This document shows positions 54,083 to 64,000 of a stretch of 64,000 nt of DNA, in pieces. Made by a program: the position numbers and the translations under genes. This DNA is from Octopus vulgaris. Its lineage: Eukaryota. Position 1 is the stretch's first letter. Each line of letters begins with the position of its first letter. The stretch spans positions 64,976,001 through 65,040,000 of the forward strand of contig OX597819.1 of assembly GCA_951406725.2 (NCBI GenBank), in the 5' to 3' direction. The notes under the pieces were generated by a model, which was not told the DNA's origin, did not search any database, and was given only the letters and a program-made list of their open reading frames with translations.

Positions 54083-54427
54083 AACTGCAGCGTGGAAGGT
54101 GTTTGTAAGCCATTTAAGAAACACACAAAAGCCGTTCGATTTCACTTCAACATTTAAGTTTAATTTGTCAAAATATTTTCATCGCTAAAATCCGCGACCT
54201 GTTCACTGACAAAAATCTGAGATGCAGCACGGATTGTTGTTAGTGAACAGGTCGCGCATTTTAGCGACGAAAATATTTTGACAAATTAAACTTAAATGTT
54301 GAAGTGAATCGAACGGCTTTTGTGTGTTTCTTAAATGGCTTACAAACACCTTCCACGCTGCAATTGTTTTCGTTTCAGCACACGATCTCAGATCAAATTA
54401 CTTGCTATGCGAGTACATCTCCGTAAT
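54083..54427. mobile_element. PLE-type fold-back element with G3:C8 hammerheads on both arms (54164-54213 minus; 54237-54284 plus), in (TA)n
   Basis: ~130-bp inverted arms; plus strand UUGUUA-GUGAACA-G-GUCGC(GCAUUUUA)GCGAC-GAAAAUAUUU-UGACAA. Confidence 0.82.
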
Positions 54428-54438
54428 ATATATATATA

Positions 54439-54477
<39 letters not shown>

Positions 54478-54479
<2 letters not shown>

Positions 54480-54667
54480 AGATCATTAGCCACTACACAC
54501 ATTTTTTCTCTCCTTGTTTCTGTCCTTGTTTTTGCTGTGTCCCTTTCTGTAGAAGACCGTAGGCTCGAAACGTAAAAGACTCTTTCTATTCCTGAGCGTT
54601 ATACTAATACATCTGTTTGTTTTGTACACCACCTGTCTTCGTCTTTTGTCTTTCTCGTAAACTCTCC

Positions 54668-54668
<1 letters not shown>
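54478..54668 (+). mobile_element. PLE-type pLTR with variant minimal hammerhead (54543-54578)
   Basis: CUUU-CUGUAGA-AGACC-GUAG-GCUC-GAAAC-GUA-AAAG; homologous to 5355-5535. Confidence 0.55.
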
Positions 54669-54720
<52 letters not shown>

Positions 54721-55069
54721 GAACACACACACAAATACACACACAAACGCACGCACATGCATTAATAGGAAATGATCTTAGAATTTGATGCACATAGACC
54801 TCTTTTGTAATTGTATCACCCATAGGATGTTGAAATTTTTTTTAATATATACAGAAGGTGACATATAATATATTTTCAGAATCCAGCTATTTCCTCACAT
54901 CTATCATTCGGTAAAATAATTAATTAAAACTGATGTTGTTTAATACAAATGTCACTTTCATCATTTTATTTCGGACGTGCAACGCACAAACGTCATCCAT
55001 CATATATTCTAACCGAAATTTTAGCAACAATATAAAATTTAATGTTGTTTGAATCTAATAGGAAACACC

Positions 55070-55248
55070 GTGGTATGGATAAATCGATTACATCGACACC
55101 AGTATTCAACTGGTACTTATTTTATCGAGCCCGAAAGAATAAATCGTCAAGATGACCTTGGCGGAATTTGATCTCAGTACGTAGCGAATGGCGAGATACC
55201 ACTAAACATTTCTTCCAGCGTTGTAACAATTCTGCCAGTTTGCCACCT
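55070..55248 (-). mobile_element. SINE family A (degenerate)
   Basis: tcgattacatcgac...ctggtacttattttatcga...tctgccagtttgccacc. Confidence 0.75.
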
Positions 55249-56483
55249 TGACACTCAAGCGCAATTAAGAAAAGGAGTTTCATTAAAGCTAATAACCATT
55301 AATTGCAGATACATGAATGATGTATGCAAAGTATTTATGATTAAACATGTCAGATCCATCTATGCCGAATGAGTATGCAAAATTAAGGAGGGCAAATCAT
55401 CAATCACTCAGATTATACATGAAATAAAACAGTTTGTGAGAAAAATAAGTTAAATCGGAATATAAACATGCAAGCTCACTGAATTATGAGGAAAAGCAAA
55501 GCTTAATCAAGACATACACACAAACTTTAAGGATCATTTCGGTGAGAATATATCAAACGTATGTGTTATGTAAGCTACATATATAATATAGAAAGCCAAC
55601 TTTACATGAACTTGCAAATTAATATAATAAACAAGCATGTAGTCTCTACAAACGGAAAAACAGAGTAGAGTGTCAAATGTCGGCAGAAGAGTAAATATTA
55701 TCTGAAAAACAATATTGCAAAATTGAGTTCCAATTAACATATAAGGAACTAAATGCACAGTTCTTGAAACAGCGGACAAGCAATAATTATAAGACACATT
55801 GACAATCATCCAAAACTGAAAGATATTCTTTTCGTTATATTTCCAAGACATTTACCAAATTATGATCGCGTAATCAGCATGAGATTGAAGTAATAGGCAT
55901 TAGAGAACACTACCATATATAAACACACATGAATAGATATGTGTGCGCGTGTGTCTGTGTTTATGAGTGCGTGGAAATATAGGTTTATGCATGAACACAC
56001 ACGCACACACACATATGCACGCACGCACACATGCACACACGCACGCACATATGTGTCAACACGAAATATATGAACACATCTCGTTATATCAGTGTAAATA
56101 TATATTACGAAACGTTATAACCCAATAACTGACTATTTTCGCCTCTTTTTAAATAACATGATATAAAAAAAAAAAGAATAAATAACAATATAAATATATA
56201 AATACACACATAAACACTTCAATTACCACTATTTAGGCTTCTAACTTTTTTTTTCCTATTTCCGGTTTGAATGTAGATTAATTGTTAATATAAGTCAAAA
56301 TCTTAATAGAATAGTTCTTTACTTGTTGGTAGTTCCTTCATCTTCCTTGGCATTATTGATTTTCTGTTTCTTTCTGTTTTCTGCTTCATTTCTCGATTTC
56401 TTTACGTGTTCTTGTTTATTGGTCGTTGATAAAGTTATAGGTAGACACACGCACATACGCACACACAAATGCACACACAAACA

Positions 56484-56547
<64 letters not shown>

Positions 56548-56574
56548 TACATAAATATATGTGTATGTATATAA

Positions 56575-56636
<62 letters not shown>

Positions 56637-57044
56637 GTGTGTGTGTGTTTGTAATATCTATGTCTGCGTGGGTTTCCTACGCGTGAATGTGTGTGTCTGT
56701 TTAATGCCATGTCTGTGCCTGTATTTCTGGCGTTTGTATGTGTGCGCACCGAAATAATATGTTTCCCTATGAGATGCTACGATATGTTATTGTTTTGAAA
56801 TTTATTTCATTTTAGATAATTGCCATTGTTATTTATTTATTTATTTATCTACTAACTTCTTTATTTATTTATTTGTTTATTTATTTTATTGTCATGCTTT
56901 TTTTTTTTTGCTTTCAAGCATTATTTACCCGAGATAACAGAAAATCAAAAGACGTATATATAAATTGTATGACGTCAAAGTCAAACACATTTATAGGAAT
57001 ACGTACATCCTTACATTCCTACACAGAAATACTCACACGAAACT

Positions 57045-57206
<162 letters not shown>

Positions 57207-58242
57207 CAAATATATATATATGCATACATATATTATTATTATTATTATTATTATTAACGTTTATTAACGTGATGTCAGAAAATGGACAAAGTTGTGTGGG
57301 CCACTATGTATGCTTGTGTGCCTGTTGTCTTTGTACGTCTCACAAAATCTAATATAATTTATAGCAAAAGAAGAAAGAAATTTTTAGTTTATAAAGCTGG
57401 GAAAACAAAACGAAAATGTCTAGAAACTTAACTAGATAATAAGAGAACTGTTATGGATGTGACAGTCTGAATGTTATTGCTACATGAAGAATTATAAAAA
57501 TATAAATATCTACGTACGTATTAAAAGCCACTATATTTTACTGAATAATGCAGTGATAAATTTGGAAGAAATAGTCATCACTTCTATGTCGATATCACGT
57601 ACATAATATTGTAAAAATATTTATATTTCCTTTCAAAATCTGTCTGATGTTTTAGTGTATATTAATCCCGGCAAGATGCAAATTTTCAGTTTTATTCTAT
57701 ATTGCCGATTATGTTTGCTATGGGGTTATCTTTCAGTCCTGGGTCAGCCTTGTCTAAAATGACACAGGATGAAAAGTGTTTCAGCTGTTGCTTAGCATAT
57801 TTTCATTCTATTTCTTCTTTTTCTTTTTGCATTTAAAAACAACTGCATTTATTCAATATAAGAACTTCTTTTCTTATTCATCATTTGAAACAACAATATC
57901 ATCACTATCCTATCTGGCTCACTTTTCTTAGGGATTTATAAAACTGTTCCTGAATAGAAGTAAATGCTCTGTCACTGTTTTACAGATATTCCGATTTATC
58001 ACTCATATATCTATGATCAAAACCCGATTTTATCATTTACACAGTTTGTCAATAAACCGCGTACTTGCGCAAGCTTTTCTATAATTCCCAATTATTAACA
58101 TCTGTTCAATATATATTTTAAAATTTTGATGCTGTTTTTCCATATTTACCAACCTCCCCTAGTATACCATCGAGGGGAATCAGATCCCTCAATGATATTT
58201 AAATATTCAATGTAAATAATTGAAGTTACTTATCTTGATATC

Positions 58243-58533
58243 ATGGCCTAGTGGTTAGAGCAGTGGACTCGCGGTCGAGGGATCGTGGGTTGGAATCTCA
58301 GACCGGGCGATGTGTGTGTTTATGAGCGAAACACTTAAACTCCACGTGGCTCCGGAAGAGGGTAATGGTGAACTTCTGCTGACTCTTTCGCCACAAATTT
58401 CTCTCACTCCTTCTTCCTGCATCTTGCAGCTCCGCTGCGACAGACCGGCGTCCAGTCCAAGTGGGGAACGTATACGCCAAGGAAACCGGGAAACCGGCCC
58501 TTATGAGCTAGGCGTGGCTTTAGAAGGAACAAA
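58243..58533 (+). mobile_element. tRNA-derived SINE family C, tail type 2
   Basis: Head shared with 27682; tail gcgacagaccggcgtccagtcc...gaaaccggcccttatgagc. Confidence 0.82.
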
Positions 58534-59394
58534 GAAACATTTTGATATCTATTCAATTGCCAGGTTTATGCACAATATAGCAAGTGGTACAGACAAAACT
58601 GTAATCACGTAGCTGTAGACACAATCGTATCAGTGGCATGCTGGATTTTATCAGCCTCTCCATAACACAGTGTGAATACAACATCATATTGTGTTATTTC
58701 AGGTGTACCATCTCCACATTTATTTTACCAACTTTGGTCTCCATAGTTTGAGCTAGAGTTTGATTATCAATTACATTTCTGTCTTTGCAGTGTTTATCTT
58801 CAGATAATGTTCTCTTAGGATTGGCGAATAAATTCACGTTCCTTGTTATGTGCTATGTAGTGTACGGGACGCGGTTACCCTGATCTCTTTAGGAAACTTC
58901 TCGTAAAAGGAAGAAGTTAATTTTTCGTTAATTTTTTTTTCATTTTGTCTTTTTCGATAAAAAATTGTAATTATTGTTGAGACCTGAAAGTTTCTGAGGC
59001 AGCTCAAAACTTCCCTCCGCACGATCGTGGGAGGATATTTTTTGTACTAATGCGAGCAGATGGCTAGTAGCACAGTTGACAATACATATCCATGTTTAAC
59101 AATCATAAGTGTAAAAATATGTTCAACATGACCCCGAAATCGTGATATCTTCTACTACAGTGCCAAATGCCTCTAATAACCATATTTCATCAACCAATCT
59201 ATTTTCATTTTGATTTAGCTACGTCAACATATTTCAGGCTCTTGGAGCCTTCTTCGTCGACGTATTTCTGGAATTATCGAAAGTAGACTAACATGTCCAC
59301 TAAATATATATTTTATGAAAGCGAGCATTTTACTCATTCATAAAGGTGCTATATTAACAAAATCTCTGAAAATATGTAGCACAGTTGCCTGTAG

Positions 59395-59670
59395 TTTGTT
59401 CCTTCTCAAGCTATGCCTGGCTCATGAGGGCCGGTTTCCCGGTATATTGGCGTATAGGTTCCCCACCCAGACGGGACGTCAGTCCGTCGCAGCGGAGCTG
59501 CAAGATGCAGGAGGAAAGAGTGAGAGAAATTTGTGGTGAAAGAGTCAGCAGAAGTTCACCATTACCTTCTACCGGGGCCGCGTGGAGCTTAGGTGCTTCG
59601 CTCATAAACACACACATCGCCCGGTCTGAGTTCGCCGCTCTAGCCACTAGGTTATGTGCCCCCACACGGT
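59395..59670 (-). mobile_element. SINE family C, tail type 2, with a deletion in the head
   Basis: Reverse complement of 58243-58533. Confidence 0.82.
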
Positions 59671-60580
59671 TTCTTGTAGTATCTACATATTTGTAGAATC
59701 TGAGGTTCAATTTGCTATTCATATTGCCGAGTTCGATAAATCACTGAGGCAGCAGTATCGATATTTTCGACTGCTTCTTTTCCTAACCATTTGTTTCCCT
59801 TGTGACTACATCAGTAATAATTATGTTATTGTATTCTGCATTTAAAGTGTCAGTTGGACGTTAAATGAGTTACTGGCTGTATATACAAATAAGATTCCTC
59901 GATTGTCTACAGATACTCATTTTCCTCCTTCATGCTGACTATAAGAATGTAGCATCATTCCATTTTCGAGTGCCCTAACCGACCTGCCATGTTTAATTAA
60001 AGTGTTTTTGAGCTATGTCAGAAAGGCTAAATCGACTGTTTCCAGCTATCAGTAAGGATGTAAACTCCAACAGATTCTCTGCTATTTCTTCGATAGGAAA
60101 TTGCTCCCAGAAAATTCACATTGTGTCAAACCCATTGTATTTAAAATGTTTAAGTTGCTGGATGTTGGGAAGTGCCAAGTTGTACATGTTTTCAAACTCA
60201 CAAGGTTTTTATTGAAAGCGCTTAGAGTCGACCATATTTTCTTTGAGACTGAAAGTATTTGGATCGCAACATTTCAATTCACTGGCTGAAAGATATTACT
60301 CTAAGTATTCATATGAAAAAATCTGTATGACGAAAATACTTATGAAGACTACGATGATTTATATAAATAATATCACGTCCTGCAACAGATGTCGCACGGA
60401 CAAACTGTTACTAATGGGGGATTCGAAAGCCAAAGTACTGAAATAATACAAGAAATCGTCAGTAGTTTAGATATGAGTAAGCTTGAGAATGAGAGCTTCA
60501 CCATTATCCTTGAGGCTCTACTGCTAGAGTATTCAAATGAGTAATGAAAATATGATCAAATTAAGGAATAATTAATGTAT

Positions 60581-62160
60581 ACCTATTTCTTTACTACCCA
60601 CAAGGGGCTAAACACAGAGAGGACAAACAAGGACAGACATACGGATTAAGTCGATTATATAGACCCTAGTGCGTAACTGGTACTCATTTAATCGACCCCG
60701 AAAGGATGAAAGGCAAAGTCGACCTCGGCAGAATTTGAACTCAGAACGTAGCCGCAAACGAAATCCCACTAATCAATTCGCCTGGCGTGCTAAAGTTTCT
60801 GCCAGCTCGCCGCCTTAAAAGTAAATGCATAAATATTTTGTTCTACTCTAGTCACAAGGCCCGAAAATTTTGGGAAGGTGTCAGTCGATTAGATCGACCC
60901 CAGTACGCAACTTCCACTTGAATTATCGATCCCGAAAGGATGAAAGGCAAAGTCGACCTCGGCAGAATTTGAACTCAGAACGTAAGGACAGACGAAATAC
61001 AGCTAAGCATTTCGTCTGGCATGCTAACGTTCCTTATTTCTTTATTTCCCACAAGGGGCTAGACATAGATGGGACAAACAAGGATAGACAAAGGGATTAA
61101 GTCGATTACATCGACCCCAGTGCGTAACTGGTATTTAATTTATCGAGCCCGAAAGGATTAAAGAATTTGAACACTGTCCGTAAAGGCAGACGAAATGTGG
61201 CTAAGCATTTCGTCCGGTGTTCTAACGTTTCTACTAGCTTCCTATCTTACTATGTTTCTAGATATCAGTAGAGATGTGTACTCCAACAAGTCCTATGGCA
61301 TTTTCTTATAATCGATGGTTTGGGGTAGACTTCAAGCAGTGGTGATGCAAAATCGTAGTTGGTGACTGCTGCAAGGGTGTATGTACTACATTTTTGCTAA
61401 AAACCATTGTTTTCGATACGTCTGTTGTAGTTATCAGATATAATCTATATCTCCATCTCATATACTATGAGTTTGAAACCAAGAGAAGTGCCACGCATAG
61501 ATATAATAATACCTTGACCATTAGGTACAAGATCTGAAATTTTGCTGGTAAGAATTACTTGATTACATTGCCCCAGTGGTTAACTGGCACTTATTTTATA
61601 GATCTTGAAATCATGATAGGTATTGCCGACAACAGAATTTGAACTCAGAATATTAAGTCGGAAGAAATACCGCTAAATACTTCCTGCTGCGTACTAACAT
61701 TTCTGTCAGCTTGCTATCTTTACTAAGTATCTAACAATATCCTTTTCTACTCTAGGCACAAAACCCGAAATTTTGGTAGAGGGGGGTCAGTCGATTAGAT
61801 CAACTCCAGTACGCAACTGGTATTTAATTTATCGACCTCCGAAAGGAGGAAAGGCAAAGTCGACCGTGACGGAATTTGAACTCAGAACGTAATGACAGAC
61901 GAAATAGCGATAAGCATTTCGCCTGGTGTGCTAATGATGCTGCTAGCTCACCGCATTCAAATGTCTAACAATTTTAAGACATCTGAAGGCGGCGACGTGG
62001 TAGAATCGTTGAGCAATCGAGCTTAGCAGCATTTTGTTCGACTTTACCTTACATCCTTTCAAGATCGTTAAATTCTGTACCAGTTGAATATTGGAGTCGA
62101 TGTAATAGATGTAACCCTTTTCAGAAACTACTGGTCTTACGCCAAAGTTTGAAATCAATA
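60581..62160 (-). mobile_element. cluster of about six SINE family A copies (five minus, last plus)
   Basis: Repeated tcgaccccagt..aactggta..tatcga..gaaagg..aatttgaac units at ~60581, 60838, 61032, 61515, 61740; plus copy from ~61987. Confidence 0.85.
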
Positions 62161-63656
62161 TTAAGAGATCTGGGTGTTTGTGCTTATTAAAAAATGAAGC
62201 TAGATTTAGGACAAACTATTATGGTTTATTAGAGTCACAACAGTTGTGATGTCTACCTTATAATATATCTGTATATCTCAGTATGAATTACAAACCTGTT
62301 ACGTAACCGTATACATATATACACACACACACACGCACACACATATATATATATATATGCATAGACACACACACATTCACACACATATATATATATTCTA
62401 TTGTGTCTGTGGAGAGTCATTTTTTTAGTGCCTCGTAATTTAACACACTCACCGTTGCAAGCCAAATCCAAAAACGAAATATATAAATATCTACCTATAT
62501 ATATATATATATATTCATATCCGTTCATATAAATTAACTCGATGCAACTGAAGTTAATATGTCTCCCTGTGGAGATCAAAATAAGATCGAGACAAGCCCG
62601 CTGCTCTCAGCAGATGGTATTAAAACTAAATAAGTCGCGATCCTGATGGCATTGGTTTTATATTCCGAGAGATTTATCGGAATTACGTGTTGATTGTTTG
62701 AAGATCTTTGAAAATTCTTACATAGATTTTTATTTTCTAATTAGAAGTGTAGTGAATGTGCAATCACACACACAAGTTCATACATGAACGCTTGTACATA
62801 CATAGACATGCGCACGCGCACATATACAAACACACACACACACATGCACACAAAAACGTACATGCATACATATACATTCATATACATATACATATACATA
62901 TTATGCATGTTCAAACATGCATATGACTGTGTTTATGTGTGTGTGTGTGCATGCTTTGCAGAGATTGTGTTTGTAACGCATAATTATGTTCGTTTAAAAG
63001 TTTGCACGCATTTGTGCTTCTCTGCATGCGCTTCGCATGGCATCTAATATGGCTTCCTAGGCAAATAAAATCGAATGTATGAATTGTATATTATTATTAT
63101 ATTCTTTATTATATTTTATTCATGTTTGAAAAAATATAAATAATACTATAATTGATCACAAAATAACAAAAAGTTAACTTTAATATAAATCAAGTGATGG
63201 TCTCTATGCTGAATCATGAAAAATTAATGTAAGGCGAAAGAAACAGTCAGCAAGCAGGTAGACAGGTGTATATTGATTTAACTAACATTGTGTGGGGTAT
63301 GTATACATTGGATGCATTTCAACAACATGTGCAGACATGCAGGGTATTAACATAAAAGCTCAGTGCACATTTTATTGCCGCCATTCATTGCAAATCAATT
63401 GAAACGTGTTGATAAGGGAAACGATAATGAAGAGATGAAACAAAAGCTCGAAAAGAGCGACAGAGTCAGATACGAAGAGAAGGAGAGAGAGAGAGTGGGG
63501 AGAGAACTGGAGGAGAAAGCGTGAGTAAATTATAAAAGAGTGGAATATAAATACATACATACATACAGAAACAAACTTATATGTCTATGTATATATAAGT
63601 GTGTGTGAGAGTGTGTATGTGTAAGCACGAACACACATACATACACAGAGAGTGAA

Positions 63657-63714
<58 letters not shown>

Positions 63715-63781
63715 ATATACCTTAGTCTGTCTGCTTCACTCTCTATTTCACAAACACACACACATACTCTCTCTCTCTCTC

Positions 63782-63833
<52 letters not shown>

Positions 63834-63876
63834 CATATATATGCATACATACTTAGGCATATATATATATATACAT

Positions 63877-63945
<69 letters not shown>

Positions 63946-64000
63946 TGCATCGTATGAAAGAGAAAATCAGATATAGAAAAGGGAGAAGAAATAAAAGAGT

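Noticed and set aside
59850-60550. Degenerate CR1-like LINE on the minus strand
   Set aside because: Only a faint resemblance near 59950-59990; too weak to call

Overview
AT-rich, microsatellite-saturated eukaryotic non-coding DNA. The SINE repertoire suggests an octopus or other cephalopod genome (inference). I can support no host protein-coding gene, and most ORFs in the track are microsatellite translations. The window is a mosaic of tRNA-derived SINEs, three copies of an internally deleted mariner, a small Helitron, fragments of RLE-type (R4/Dong-like) and RTE-type LINEs, a 2-kb ORF1-only L1/Tx1-like insertion with a target-site duplication, and many Penelope-like element (PLE) remnants, two with GIY-YIG coding sequence. 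The main hidden signal is at the RNA level. Reading both strands, I found about 22 type I hammerhead ribozyme (HHR) motifs from roughly 13 sequence families. These include (i) a young retrozyme-like array of near-identical 485-nt units (10168-11762), each full unit carrying a complete hammerhead with a 58-nt hairpin inserted in stem II; (ii) a 378-bp fold-back (35715-36092) whose apex is an intact hammerhead with ~172-bp arms as stem I; and (iii) natural G3:C8 and U3:A8 core variants. All folds were read by eye; no folding program or database search was run.
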